64,000 bases of DNA from an uncultured Planctomycetia bacterium (GTDB lineage Bacteria; Planctomycetota; Planctomycetia; CAXEIY01), in NCBI GenBank assembly GCA_963996245.1, contig CAXEIY010000142.1, positions 5,006 through 69,005 of the forward strand, in the 5' to 3' direction. The notes under the pieces are model-generated. The model searched no databases. It was not told where the DNA came from and saw nothing but the letters and a program-made list of their open reading frames with translations. How positions within the stretch are numbered: the first letter of the stretch is position 1; every line of letters starts with the position of its first letter. Made by a program: the position numbers and the translations under genes. Shown piece by piece: positions 18,295 to 29,104 of the stretch.

Positions 18295-20670
18295 GTGCAG
18301 CACTGGATAAGAATCTCTGCACCACTATGGATGATTGCGATTGTAGTCTTTCCGACTTCTGCAATTCGCGCTGAGATCACAGCAGATCAAGTCCGACGTG
18401 CCATCTCACGAGGAACCGGATACCTCATTCGCACCCAAAGGGAAGACGGTTCCTGGCAAGGAATGGAATCGCTGGGATTTCCTGGTGGTGTTACGTCACT
18501 TGCCGTGGTCGCCCTGATTTACAGTGGAATTCCGGACGGTCATCCGGCCATCGACAAAGCACTGCAATATCTGAGACAGGTTGATCCGCAGAAAACGTAC
18601 ACAGTGGCACTTCAGACCATGGCTTTTGTCGCTGCACGCCAAGAGGAAAATAGGCTGAGAATCGAGCAAAACGTTAACTGGCTGGAAAGAGCCCAGATTA
18701 AATCGGGCCCCGCACAGGGAATGTGGTCCTACAACCTTCACCATGCACAAGGAGGCGACCACTCCAATACGCAGTTTGCACTTTTGGCATTACGAGATGC
18801 CTCCGAAATCGGAGTTAGCGTTGCCCCAAAGACCTGGGAACGTACACAGCAAATGTGGCGTTCGACTCAAAAACCGGATGGAGGGTGGGGATATCGCATT
18901 TTCCCGCAGTCTACGGGCAGTATGACAAGCGCGGGCATTGCTAGTCTTGTCATTACCGGGTCTCAACTCAGTAAAGGACTTGAAACCATTACCCGTACTG
19001 GCGAAATACACCGCTGTGGCCAATATGATGCCGACACCTCTCTCGAAAATGCCGTTCGCTGGATGGGAAAGAACTTCTCGGTCCACAACAATCCCAACAA
19101 CGACAAAAGTGGCTGGTGGCTCTATTACATGTACGCTCTCGAACGGGCAGGTCGACTCAGTGCCCGTCGTTTTTTTGGAGAGCACGATTGGTATCGGGAA
19201 GGTGCTGAAATCCTCGTAAATGAAGGATTTCATGACGCCCTTACAGGAGCATGGAGAGGCAGAGGAGGAAGTAGCGATGTCGAACGCAGGTATCCGGCTC
19301 TTGCCACCAGCTATGCGCTATTGTTCCTCTCCAAAGGAAAAAGTCCCGTCGTGATTAACAAGCTGGCTTACGGCAACGGGACAGACTGGAACAATGACCG
19401 TCATGATGTCCACAACCTTACCCGATTCCTGTCCAGCCACTGGAAGCGTCCGCCCCATGAACATCTTACCTGGCAAATTGTTCAATCCAACACCGCAACC
19501 ACGACGGACTTGCTGCAGGCGCCAATCCTATTTTTCAATGGCCATGAGTCCCCATCCTTTTCTGAGCAAGAAATCGACGTATTGAAGTCGTATATTGAGG
19601 AGGGAGGTACCTTGTTGGCAGAGGCTTGCTGTGGACGTGCCGAATTTGATCAGGGATTTCGCAATCTTATTTCAAGCATGTATCCCGAACAGGACAGTCC
19701 ACTAAAGCTCCTTTCGCGCGACCATCCACTCTGGAGTGCTGAGTTTCTTCTGGAACCATCTTCCTCTCTACCCATATGGGGATTCGATTTCGGATGCCGT
19801 ACAGCCATTCTGTATAGCCCTCAGGATTTATCCTGTTTTTGGGAACAAGGCTCCGCTCAGCAGCACCTGAAATCACCTCATCTCGATCCCATGATAGAGA
19901 AGGCGATGACCATCGGCACCAATATCGTCGCTTATGCAACCGGACAGGAATTTTCTGACAAACTCACACAGCGCGACACCTTTGTAAACGAACAGATCCC
20001 ACAACCCCTGGGAAAACGAGGGGTATTACAAATCGCACAACTACGACATACAGGAGGGTTTAACGCTGCCCCCAAAGCGTTGAACAACCTTCTCATCGCC
20101 CTGCACCGACTGATTCCGGGAATGAAGGTAGATCCGGATCCCATTGAAGTCACTCTCGGTAATCCGGCTTTACTTTCGTATCCGGTGCTTTACATGCACG
20201 GTAAGAGTGCCTTCCGATTCACAACGGAAGAAGCCCGACAAATGCGAATTTATCTTGATCTGGGTGGTGTTTTATTCGCAGATGCCACATGTGGATCCGA
20301 AAGTTTTGATCGGTCATTTCGGACTTTCTGCAAACAACTATACCCTGAGATTGAGTTGGAACGTATCGACCCGAAACATCCTTTATTTCAATCGACTGAT
20401 TCCGGAGGAGTCTGGTTTAATATCTCACAAACAACGCGACGTGAACCTCAGCGATCCGGGCCAAACGCGCCCTTGCGCAGCGTAACCAGGACGACCACAC
20501 CTCACCTGGAAGGAATCCAGCACGAAGATCGCTACGGCATCCTATACAGCCCTTACGATATCAGCTGTGCTCTTGAACACAGTCGATCGGTACAATGCAA
20601 AGGATATATTCATCAGGATGCACTAAAAATAGCCGTTAATGCCATGATATATGCGGTCCATTTCCAATAG
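18295..20670 (+). CDS. Exported prenyltransferase/squalene-oxidase-repeat (alpha/alpha barrel) plus double DUF4159 protein
   Basis: Signal peptide; Q..DGSW, GDHSNTQFALLAL, QKPDGGWGY, YYMYALERAG; two DUF4159-like halves (GGTLLAEACCG; GGVLFADATCGS). Confidence 0.8.
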   Translation: MQHWIRISAPLWMIAIVVFPTSAIRAEITADQVRRAISRGTGYLIRTQREDGSWQGMESLGFPGGVTSLAVVALIYSGIPDGHPAIDKALQYLRQVDPQKTYTVALQTMAFVAARQEENRLRIEQNVNWLERAQIKSGPAQGMWSYNLHHAQGGDHSNTQFALLALRDASEIGVSVAPKTWERTQQMWRSTQKPDGGWGYRIFPQSTGSMTSAGIASLVITGSQLSKGLETITRTGEIHRCGQYDADTSLENAVRWMGKNFSVHNNPNNDKSGWWLYYMYALERAGRLSARRFFGEHDWYREGAEILVNEGFHDALTGAWRGRGGSSDVERRYPALATSYALLFLSKGKSPVVINKLAYGNGTDWNNDRHDVHNLTRFLSSHWKRPPHEHLTWQIVQSNTATTTDLLQAPILFFNGHESPSFSEQEIDVLKSYIEEGGTLLAEACCGRAEFDQGFRNLISSMYPEQDSPLKLLSRDHPLWSAEFLLEPSSSLPIWGFDFGCRTAILYSPQDLSCFWEQGSAQQHLKSPHLDPMIEKAMTIGTNIVAYATGQEFSDKLTQRDTFVNEQIPQPLGKRGVLQIAQLRHTGGFNAAPKALNNLLIALHRLIPGMKVDPDPIEVTLGNPALLSYPVLYMHGKSAFRFTTEEARQMRIYLDLGGVLFADATCGSESFDRSFRTFCKQLYPEIELERIDPKHPLFQSTDSGGVWFNISQTTRREPQRSGPNAPLRSVTRTTTPHLEGIQHEDRYGILYSPYDISCALEHSRSVQCKGYIHQDALKIAVNAMIYAVHFQ

Positions 20671-20784
20671 TTAATGTCCGCAACCGTAGTCGATCATTCG
20701 CTTTTGTCTGCGTTCACCATTCGTCGTTTCAACTTGTTCCCTAATCATTCTATCGACTTCTGCAACTCGACAGAGATTGAGAAT

Positions 20785-21774
20785 ATGCGTAAAACTCGGG
20801 TCGCTTCGGTTCAAATGGAACATTACCCAGGTGACAAGCAGCGAAACCTCAAGACCATTGAATCTTTTGTGCAGGCTGCTCACAAAAAGAATGTGGAAAT
20901 TATCCTTTTTCCAGAATGCTGTATTACAGGGTATTGGCACCTTAGAAATCTTTCAAAAAGCGAACTCCTGGAGGTATCGGAGCCTGTATTCGATGGTCCT
21001 AGCTCGCAAGCGATACTGGAGATGAGCAGGGACTGCAACATGACGATTGCTGCCGGCCTTATCGAACGATCCGATGAATCTACTCTCTATAACACCCACA
21101 TTGTGAGCATGCCGAATGGACATCTTATAAAACACCGTAAATTGCACGCCTTTATCAGTAAGCACATCGCATCAGGATCATCCTTTTCTGTATTTGATAC
21201 ACCGCAGGAATGCCGTGTTGGGCTTCTGACTTGCTACGATAACAACATTGGAGAAAATGTTAGAATTACCGCGTTGAAAGGGGCCGACATTCTTCTTGCT
21301 CCACACCAGACCGGTGGATGTGATACCGGTGATGTTCACTGCATGGGAACGATCCCTGTTGAAACATGGCATAAACGGCACGAACAACCTCAAATGGTTG
21401 AGTCAGAATTCAGGGGCCCGAAAGGGCGTGAGTGGCTTTTGAGATGGCTACCCACACGCGCACACGACAATGGACTATTCTTGATTTTTTCCAATGGTGT
21501 GGGAATCGATGACGATGAAGTGCGTCCAGGTGGTGCCATGATTCTCAACCCCTATGGAAAAATTATCCAGGAAACCTGGAAAGCGCGTGACGATATGGTT
21601 ATAGCCGATCTCGATCCTGAACTCAGAAAACGCAATCAGGGTCAAAGATGGCTTCGTGCAAGACGTCCGGAACTGTACACACCTCTCGTCACTCCCACTG
21701 GGATCGAACAAGATACGCGTACGGTCCGATTTGCGCACCTATCTTCGAAAATACCGGACAATCGTACCCCATAG
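20785..21774 (+). CDS. Nitrilase / carbon-nitrogen hydrolase family protein
   Basis: Catalytic triad motifs FPECC (Glu), HRKLH (Lys), LTCYD (Cys). ATG 20785 is preferred over 20674. Confidence 0.88.
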   Translation: MRKTRVASVQMEHYPGDKQRNLKTIESFVQAAHKKNVEIILFPECCITGYWHLRNLSKSELLEVSEPVFDGPSSQAILEMSRDCNMTIAAGLIERSDESTLYNTHIVSMPNGHLIKHRKLHAFISKHIASGSSFSVFDTPQECRVGLLTCYDNNIGENVRITALKGADILLAPHQTGGCDTGDVHCMGTIPVETWHKRHEQPQMVESEFRGPKGREWLLRWLPTRAHDNGLFLIFSNGVGIDDDEVRPGGAMILNPYGKIIQETWKARDDMVIADLDPELRKRNQGQRWLRARRPELYTPLVTPTGIEQDTRTVRFAHLSSKIPDNRTP

Positions 21775-21862
21775 ATTCGGGAATTTTCCCAACTTGATCT
21801 CCCGACATCGACTTTTCGGTATTTGCAAACAATTTAAACCAAACACTGAAAGGACATTCGCC

Positions 21863-22738
21863 ATGAACCATGCCAATTTCCACATCGGTGAACTCCGGGC
21901 AACGATTGGGAATAACGCTGCCCATCAAGAACATCGAGCTGGATATAATGGCCTTTGGAGCCTGACCTACGGTTCATCGAAACGTAGCCTGTTTGTCCCT
22001 GCATATGCCGGCTTAAATCATGAACACATTTTTAACGGTGAATCAGATGCCCCTCGCGAGATCTTCTTTGAACCGCGTCACGCGGAGATGGAGTTCCGTC
22101 TTATCAGTGAAAATAAGTGCGAGCTGTATCAACCCCCCACCCCCACCTTCCAATTGGAAAGCTGGACGCAATTCCACTTCCTGGAACCACATTACATTGA
22201 CATCACCTATCGTTGCATTGCCCGACAACACACCTTCCCACATGGTTATATAGGTTTGTTCTGGGCCAGTTACATTAATGCTCCAGAAGACAAAAGCATG
22301 TATTTTTCAGGAAATCAGCAAGGTTCAAATGACGACCTGTGGTGCCAACTCTGTACACCTATCCATAACGACAAAAGCACCGTTCCCCACAAGGATGACA
22401 CCCTGTCTCTTCCATTTCGAGAGGGGCACCGCAATGCGTTATTCAGAAACATCTCACCCTTTCGTTATCATACACCTTTTTATTTTGGATTATTTCAGCA
22501 GTACATATGGATTGTGATGTTTGACAGAACCCAGGGAATTCGTTTTACGCACTCGCCATCAGGAGGAGGGACCAACTCCCTTTACCAAACCACCAACCCT
22601 GCATGGGACTACCAGTTCCTGATTCCCGAGTTTCAACTCGACCAGTCATACCAGTTTTCCATGCGTGCGATCTTGCGTCCTCGCTGTACACGAGAAGAGA
22701 TCTTGGAAGAGTATGTGCGATGGCAAAGTGAAAAATAA
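21863..22738 (+). CDS. Conserved hypothetical protein (aromatic-rich, possibly beta-sandwich/mutarotase-like)
   Basis: 291-codon ORF from ATG 21863, preceded by AAGGA. Motifs HRAGYNG, YAGLNHEHIF, FWASYI, HSPSGGG, NPAWDYQF. Confidence 0.65.
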   Translation: MNHANFHIGELRATIGNNAAHQEHRAGYNGLWSLTYGSSKRSLFVPAYAGLNHEHIFNGESDAPREIFFEPRHAEMEFRLISENKCELYQPPTPTFQLESWTQFHFLEPHYIDITYRCIARQHTFPHGYIGLFWASYINAPEDKSMYFSGNQQGSNDDLWCQLCTPIHNDKSTVPHKDDTLSLPFREGHRNALFRNISPFRYHTPFYFGLFQQYIWIVMFDRTQGIRFTHSPSGGGTNSLYQTTNPAWDYQFLIPEFQLDQSYQFSMRAILRPRCTREEILEEYVRWQSEK

Positions 22739-22935
22739 TCATACCGCAAGCCCATATTGCACAGGCCAGCAGGGCAACCTGTTTGTCTCGCCCCGTACCC
22801 CACACCGACCGTATTCCACACCGATAGAGAACCGATACCTCCGTTCTTTCTGGCCTTCAGGCACCCGACGACCTATGATGCTCAGGCGGTTGTTCCACCC
22901 CTTTCTTCTCGTCCTACCGTCTAGCCGTAACACCC

Positions 22936-25689
22936 ATGCCAACACCCACAAAACGCCCAACCCTGTATATCCTTGATGGTCACTCTATTGTTTTCCAGGT
23001 CTATCATGCCATTCCTGAAATGACCAGTCCGACTGGAGAGCCTACCAACGCAACGTATGGCTTTACACGTGACATCTTTAATCTCATTGAAAGCCGAAAT
23101 CCAGACTTCCTGATATGTACCTTCGATACTCCGGCACCCACTTTTCGCCACACGATGTACGATGCCTACAAAGCCAATCGGGGATCGATGCCCGATGATT
23201 TACGGCCACAAATCAAAACGATTCACGAACTCTTGAACGCATTTGAAATACCGGTATTTGAACAGGACGGGTTTGAAGCCGATGACCTTATCGCCACGAT
23301 TGCTACACGTGCCGAACAAGAACAGTTTTCCGTTTACATCGTGAGTTCAGACAAGGACTGTCGTCAGTTAATCAGCCCCGATGTGCAGATGTACAATCTC
23401 AGAAAAGAACAGACCTTTGACAACGAAGCACTGAAACAGGACTGGGGAATCACCTCTGAACAGGTCGTGGACTTGCTCGCCATGACTGGCGATAACGTTG
23501 ACAATGTACCCGGAATTCCTGGAATCGGGATAAAAACCGCTAGCAAATTATTGCAACAATATGAAACGCTCGATGGGATCATCCAGCATGTTGAAGAAAT
23601 ATCTGGACCCAAAAAACGTCAACAGATCAAAGAATCTGTTGAATTGGTTCGCCGAAGCCAGCAACTTGTATCTCTTGATCGTAATGTTCCTTTAGAGATT
23701 AACTGGGAACAATGCCGCTTATCACAGAAGAATAATGAGCAGTTATTAAATCTCTTCAACAAACTCGGTTTTCACCGATTTGCAGAACAAACTCAAAAAG
23801 AAGAAGCACCACCCGAATGGACCGGCGTGTACCACCTTGTCCAGAATCCGGATGACCTTCACCAGGTGGTGGATGAACTCGCTTCCAGTGGTCACTTCAG
23901 CCTCGAATTAGTCACCAACAACAAACCCCCTATGCACGCGGAACTTCTGGGAATAGGACTCAGCTGCCAACCCGGTACAGGATGGTATATCCCTTTGCGA
24001 GAAGCCGCCAAAAAACAAAAGACTACTGACAAACAAACAGCGCGCGCGCTATGGGACATGGATAACCAGGATTCGACAGAAGAAATATGGAACCTTCTTC
24101 GTCCGACACTTGAAAATCCCGACATCCACAAAACCAGCCATGATCTCAAGTCCTCGATCATTGTCCTACGCAGACATGGCATTCAACTTAAAGGTCTGAA
24201 CCTTGACACAGGCATAGCCAGCTACTTACTCAATGCGGGCGAACGTATCCACACGCTGGAACAATTAAGCCTTCTGTATCTCAAATCTCCACTGGAATCT
24301 CTCAAACAACTTCAGGAACGGTTGCAAGCGGACCATTTCGACGCCCTTCCAGACGCTATGCTCGCCAATTACATAGGTCGTCGAGTAGACACTACCTTAC
24401 GCGCGGCAAAACTGCTTGAAACAGAGTTGCGCAAACAGAAACTCTGGACGCTGTACTTCGAACTTGAAAGGCCTCTTATTCCGGTTCTGGCTGAAATGGA
24501 ATATGCGGGCATACTTGTTGACACCGAGGTGTTAACTGCTATGTCTTCGCAATACCAGAACCAGCTCGCCCATATTGAAAAAGAAGTCTCTGAATTAGCC
24601 GGTTATTCTTTCAATCTCAGCTCTCCCCAGCAGCTTCGCAAAGTACTTTTTGACGAAATAGGGTTGAAATCTAACAAAAAAACCACTTCCGGTGCCCTGA
24701 GTACAGACCAAGAAGTACTGCTACACCTTTCAAAAACACATCCGTTACCGGCACTTGTTGTTGAACACCGAAAGCTTTCCAAACTAAAAAACACTTATCT
24801 TGATCCGTTACCAGGACTTGTCCATCCTGAAACCGAACGGATTCACGCAACTTTTAATCAGAATGTAACCGCAACCGGAAGACTCAGTTCCAGTGACCCC
24901 AATCTTCAAAATATCCCTATCCGTACAGAACAGGGACGACAAATCAGACGAGCCTTTGTGCCTCGGGACAACTGGTTACTGCTTACAGCAGACTATTCAC
25001 AAATTGAGCTACGAGTACTCGCCCACCTGAGCCAGGATCCCACGTTGTGCGATGCCTTCAAAAAGGGGCGTGATATTCACTCTTTTGTTGCATCGCAAAT
25101 TCACTCCGTACCGGAGGACGAAGTGACTTCTGAAATGCGACGAACGGCCAAAATGGTCAACTTCGGTATTATTTATGGGCTTAGTTCTTTTGGGCTTTCT
25201 ACACGTCTGGACATCAGTCGAGAGGAAGCAGAGGTTTATATTGACGCCTATTTTTCCCGGTACCCTCAAGTTGAGGTCTTTTCCGATAAAATACTGGAAA
25301 TCGCCAGAAAGACGGGCTATGTTAGTACCGTTTTAGGTCGCCGTCGTTCTATAAGCGGTATTCGTCCTGAAACCCAAACCAGTCGCCAGCGTAATCTACC
25401 TGAGCGAACAGCTATCAATACAGTAATTCAAGGTTCTGCTGCTGATCTCATCAAACAGGCAATGATTGATATTGAACAATCTTTGCAGGAGCAGAGTTTT
25501 CGCAGTAGGATGTTGCTACAAATCCACGATGAACTAATCTTCGAGACCCCTCCCGAAGAGATTCAAGCCCTTTCTGCACTAACAAGACAACGAATGATTC
25601 AAGCCTTACCTTTGGAGGTACCGGTCACCGTTGATCTCGCATATGGCCCGAACTGGCTGGATGTTGAGCCGATAAAAAACGGCCTTTGA
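22936..25689 (+). CDS. polA: DNA polymerase I
   Basis: 5'-3' exo motifs (LDGHS, YKANR, EADD, DKD, GDNVDNVPGIPGIG); polymerase motifs TGRLSSSDPNLQNIP, ADYSQIELR, RRTAKMVNFGIIYG, QIHDEL. Confidence 0.97.
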   Translation: MPTPTKRPTLYILDGHSIVFQVYHAIPEMTSPTGEPTNATYGFTRDIFNLIESRNPDFLICTFDTPAPTFRHTMYDAYKANRGSMPDDLRPQIKTIHELLNAFEIPVFEQDGFEADDLIATIATRAEQEQFSVYIVSSDKDCRQLISPDVQMYNLRKEQTFDNEALKQDWGITSEQVVDLLAMTGDNVDNVPGIPGIGIKTASKLLQQYETLDGIIQHVEEISGPKKRQQIKESVELVRRSQQLVSLDRNVPLEINWEQCRLSQKNNEQLLNLFNKLGFHRFAEQTQKEEAPPEWTGVYHLVQNPDDLHQVVDELASSGHFSLELVTNNKPPMHAELLGIGLSCQPGTGWYIPLREAAKKQKTTDKQTARALWDMDNQDSTEEIWNLLRPTLENPDIHKTSHDLKSSIIVLRRHGIQLKGLNLDTGIASYLLNAGERIHTLEQLSLLYLKSPLESLKQLQERLQADHFDALPDAMLANYIGRRVDTTLRAAKLLETELRKQKLWTLYFELERPLIPVLAEMEYAGILVDTEVLTAMSSQYQNQLAHIEKEVSELAGYSFNLSSPQQLRKVLFDEIGLKSNKKTTSGALSTDQEVLLHLSKTHPLPALVVEHRKLSKLKNTYLDPLPGLVHPETERIHATFNQNVTATGRLSSSDPNLQNIPIRTEQGRQIRRAFVPRDNWLLLTADYSQIELRVLAHLSQDPTLCDAFKKGRDIHSFVASQIHSVPEDEVTSEMRRTAKMVNFGIIYGLSSFGLSTRLDISREEAEVYIDAYFSRYPQVEVFSDKILEIARKTGYVSTVLGRRRSISGIRPETQTSRQRNLPERTAINTVIQGSAADLIKQAMIDIEQSLQEQSFRSRMLLQIHDELIFETPPEEIQALSALTRQRMIQALPLEVPVTVDLAYGPNWLDVEPIKNGL

Positions 25690-25804
25690 AACCATTTACT
25701 AATAAAGGCGAACACAAAGAGCCCCTTGGCCCCCCCTCAACTACCGCTATCAAACAACCGATTTTCTGACCTTCCACCCTTCTTATTCAGTACTCCTAGT
25801 AAAT

Positions 25805-26461
25805 TTGAACAACACACAGCAAAAACCCGTGATAGGAATTGTCGGTGGTATTGGTAGTGGAAAAAGTATCATAGCCCATCAATTATGCCGGCGTGGAGGA
25901 CAAATCATCGATGCCGACCAACTCGGCCATAAAGCCTTGCTGAGAGATAATGTGATAAGGGATGCTACCGAACGTTGGGGGCAAAGTGTCGTTCAGTCTG
26001 ATGGAAACATTGACCGCAAAAAGCTCGCTGATATTGTTTTTGGATCCGATCCCCGTTCACATACCGAACGTCTTTTTCTCGAATCCCTTACTCACCCGTA
26101 CATAAAGGATACTATTTCGCAGCAATATAAAGCCGCTCAGAACAATCCTGCAGTTTCGTTTGTTGTGCTTGATGCGGCCCTGCTATTCGAAGCGAACTGG
26201 GATTCCCTATGTGACTACATAATCTTTGTCGAAACCCCCGAACCCTTGCGAGTCCAACGAACTATCGAAGCACGCGGATGGAGCAAGACGGAAGTTACAA
26301 AACGTGAAACGGCTCAAGAGTCTCTGATAAGCAAACGACAACGCGCTGATTTTGTCCTGGATAATTCCGGATCACTGGAAGAAACACTGCAAAAAACAGA
26401 AGAACTGCTTCGTCTCATACCTGACATTCCTCTTTTACGCGAAGATCTGTCCTTTTCTTGA
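25805..26461 (+). CDS. coaE: Dephospho-CoA kinase
   Basis: P-loop GIVGGIGSGKS; IDADQLGH; LESLTHP; DAALLFE. Confidence 0.92.
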   Translation: MNNTQQKPVIGIVGGIGSGKSIIAHQLCRRGGQIIDADQLGHKALLRDNVIRDATERWGQSVVQSDGNIDRKKLADIVFGSDPRSHTERLFLESLTHPYIKDTISQQYKAAQNNPAVSFVVLDAALLFEANWDSLCDYIIFVETPEPLRVQRTIEARGWSKTEVTKRETAQESLISKRQRADFVLDNSGSLEETLQKTEELLRLIPDIPLLREDLSFS

Positions 26462-26689
26462 TACCTGGCAACATTTAATCTGATTTATCGAAAGGATCGC
26501 AACTAACCCGCCACTGAAAACGATCATGGAACCCCGGATTCGTTTCATGATATTTTGGGAAGCCTGTCCGGATCTGGGCAGTATTTCTGAAATCTGTTTT
26601 TCCCGTCACATGATCAAATGTCTGTTCGACAGGATCGATTCCTATCATATGGAATGCAGTGAGCGAACGATTCAAAAAGGAGCCTTCCG

Positions 26690-28102
26690 ATGGTGGAAAC
26701 TCGAACCAGTCAATCATCCCGTTCACGACGCCGCACAGGGAGTGTTGCTCAAGCCACCGATGAAGCGCCGGATAGCGTCATGATAGAAGGAGACGACGTT
26801 AACGAAGGTTCCGATCGCTACGAAGAGATTAAGCGTAGTGAACTGCATATTGACACGCTGCAGAAAATGACCATGCAGCAATTGTTAAAAACAGCACGAA
26901 CAGAGAAGTTGACAGACTACAGTGGGTTAAAAAAGCAAGATCTCATCTTTAAAATCCTGAAAGAGCGGGTCAAGTTAAATGGCCTGATGTTTGGAGAAGG
27001 CACGCTCGAGATCCTCCCAGATGGATTTGGTTTCTTGCGCAGTCCAGACTACCATTACCTGCCCTGCCCAGACGATATCTATGTATCACCCAGTCAGATT
27101 CGAAGGTTTGGGTTACGGACCGGAACTACGGTAGCCGGGCAAATTCGACCTCCCAAAGAGAGTGAACGCTATTTCGCTCTATTACGGGTTGAAGCTATCA
27201 ATTTTGAAGACCCAAAAACGCTGTCAGAGAAGGTTTTCTTTGATGATTTAACGCCGCTGCACCCTGAAAATCGTCTGGTCATGGAATCGCTACCTGACGA
27301 GCTCAACACACGAATAGTGGACCTCGTAAGTCCAATTGGTAAAGGACAACGCGGATTAATCGTTTCACCTCCTCGTGCCGGAAAGACCATTCTTCTTTCG
27401 AAAATGGCACAAAGTATTCTTACCAATCATCCGGAATGCTATGTCATCGTTCTGTTAATTGACGAACGACCGGAAGAAGTGACGGAAATGGAACGAACCG
27501 TTCGTGGCGATTCATGTGAAGTAATCAGTTCGACATTTGATGAACCACCAGCACGTCATATCCAAGTTGCTGAGATGGTTATTGAAAAGGCCAAACGACA
27601 AGTCGAGTACGGACAGGATGTCGTCATCTTTCTCGATTCCATTACACGATTAGCACGTGCCCACAACACGGAAGCTCCCAATTCCGGAAAAATCATGACC
27701 GGTGGTATCGACGTTACCGCATTACAGAAACCAAAAAGATTTTTTGGTGCTGCCCGTAAGATTGAAGAAGGAGGCAGCCTAACAATTCTTGCAACAGCAT
27801 TGGTTGATACCGGAAGTCGTGCAGATGACCACATTTTTGAAGAATTCAAAGGAACCGGAAACATGGAGTTACACTTGGACCGCCGACTGGTCGACAAACG
27901 GGTGTGGCCCGCAATCGATGTTAATCGTTCCGGAACCAGACGTGAGGAAATGTTAATGGACCCGGAAGAATTACGAAGAACCTGGATTCTACGCAAGGTT
28001 CTCCATGACATGAATCCCATTGAAGCCATGGAACTGCTCGTTACCCGAATGGGAAAAACCCAATCCAATGCGGAATTCCTGATGGGTATGAACTTGACAT
28101 AA
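26690..28102 (+). CDS. rho: Transcription termination factor Rho
   Basis: Motifs [69 protein letters not shown]. Confidence 0.97.
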   Translation: MVETRTSQSSRSRRRTGSVAQATDEAPDSVMIEGDDVNEGSDRYEEIKRSELHIDTLQKMTMQQLLKTARTEKLTDYSGLKKQDLIFKILKERVKLNGLMFGEGTLEILPDGFGFLRSPDYHYLPCPDDIYVSPSQIRRFGLRTGTTVAGQIRPPKESERYFALLRVEAINFEDPKTLSEKVFFDDLTPLHPENRLVMESLPDELNTRIVDLVSPIGKGQRGLIVSPPRAGKTILLSKMAQSILTNHPECYVIVLLIDERPEEVTEMERTVRGDSCEVISSTFDEPPARHIQVAEMVIEKAKRQVEYGQDVVIFLDSITRLARAHNTEAPNSGKIMTGGIDVTALQKPKRFFGAARKIEEGGSLTILATALVDTGSRADDHIFEEFKGTGNMELHLDRRLVDKRVWPAIDVNRSGTRREEMLMDPEELRRTWILRKVLHDMNPIEAMELLVTRMGKTQSNAEFLMGMNLT

Positions 28103-28339
28103 AAGAACACTTAAACTGACCACCAGACACCCCAACACTCTGTTAGGCAGGTACGCTATAGATGAAATTAGTTTGTCACACCGCGTCAGCTTCATCTACC
28201 AAACCCATACGAAGTCTCCTGATCGCATTTCCATTTTTCAGCATTCCAATGTTCCGGACAACATGATCACTGTCGTTAATCCTTTTTTGTTATCTAGACC
28301 CACATTCCTTACCCAGCGATAACCTCCATCTCACTTCTT

Positions 28340-29017
28340 ATGTCATCCAGCAGTTCCTTAAACACAGCCGCCGTTCTCTTCAGCGGAGGGGTTGACAGTG
28401 CTGTGTTAACAGCCGAACTAGAATCTCAGTTTCCCAGAATACAACCCTTCTATATTCGATGTGGTATGTTGTGGGAAGAAGCAGAACTGGCATATGCACA
28501 TCAATTCCTATCGCTACTCAATCGTAAGTGTTTTCAACCACTAAAAGTCTTCGACTTACCTCTCATCGATCTGATACCAAACCACTGGAGTTTCACAGGC
28601 ACCGCCATTCCTGATCATACAACTCCGGATGAAGCGGTCTATCTACCGGGAAGAAATTTACTGCTCTTAGCCAAAACTGGCCTTTGGTGCCGGATGAACG
28701 ATATTGAAACGATAGCCCTGGGAATACTGGACTCCAATCCATTTCCTGATGGAACGGATACCTTCTTTCAATCCTTTCAGCACACATTGAACCAGGCTCT
28801 GCCAGGAAGTCTTTCCATCATCACTCCCTTTGCTGGGATGACAAAGACCGAAGTACTTCAGCGTGGTGCCCACTTACCTCTTGGCTCGACCTTTTCCTGT
28901 ATTAATCCAAGTCATTCTCAACATTGTGGAGAATGCAACAAATGTGAAGAGCGTCGCCAAGCATTTCACAAAGCCAAACTCCATGACCCTACAAACTATA
29001 TCCATAACCCTTTATAA
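28340..29017 (+). CDS. queC: 7-cyano-7-deazaguanine synthase
   Basis: PP-loop SGGVDS; YLPGRN; PFPD; Zn site TFSC...HCGECNKC..R. Confidence 0.85.
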   Translation: MSSSSSLNTAAVLFSGGVDSAVLTAELESQFPRIQPFYIRCGMLWEEAELAYAHQFLSLLNRKCFQPLKVFDLPLIDLIPNHWSFTGTAIPDHTTPDEAVYLPGRNLLLLAKTGLWCRMNDIETIALGILDSNPFPDGTDTFFQSFQHTLNQALPGSLSIITPFAGMTKTEVLQRGAHLPLGSTFSCINPSHSQHCGECNKCEERRQAFHKAKLHDPTNYIHNPL

Positions 29018-29104
29018 AAAGTCTGATCCTGTACTCGCTCCTAGCGAACAAGTGTTCACGGAGTATGTACTCCCGTCATTCCAGATGTAAGAGCCCTTTG
29101 CACT

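Noticed and set aside
26475-26783. Short ORFs overlapping the rho leader (26526-26783 +, 26475-26726 -)
   Set aside because: No recognisable motifs. They overlap the rho start and are most likely shadow ORFs.
28103-28339. Looked for a preQ1 riboswitch upstream of queC
   Set aside because: No preQ1-I stem-loop with A-rich tail is recognisable. Only a generic TAGATGAA...TTCATCTA inverted repeat is present.
28340-29017. QueC as part of an anti-phage (QatC/CBASS type IV/Dpd) system
   Set aside because: Normal length and motifs of housekeeping QueC, with no ATPase, TGT, nuclease or cyclase neighbours.
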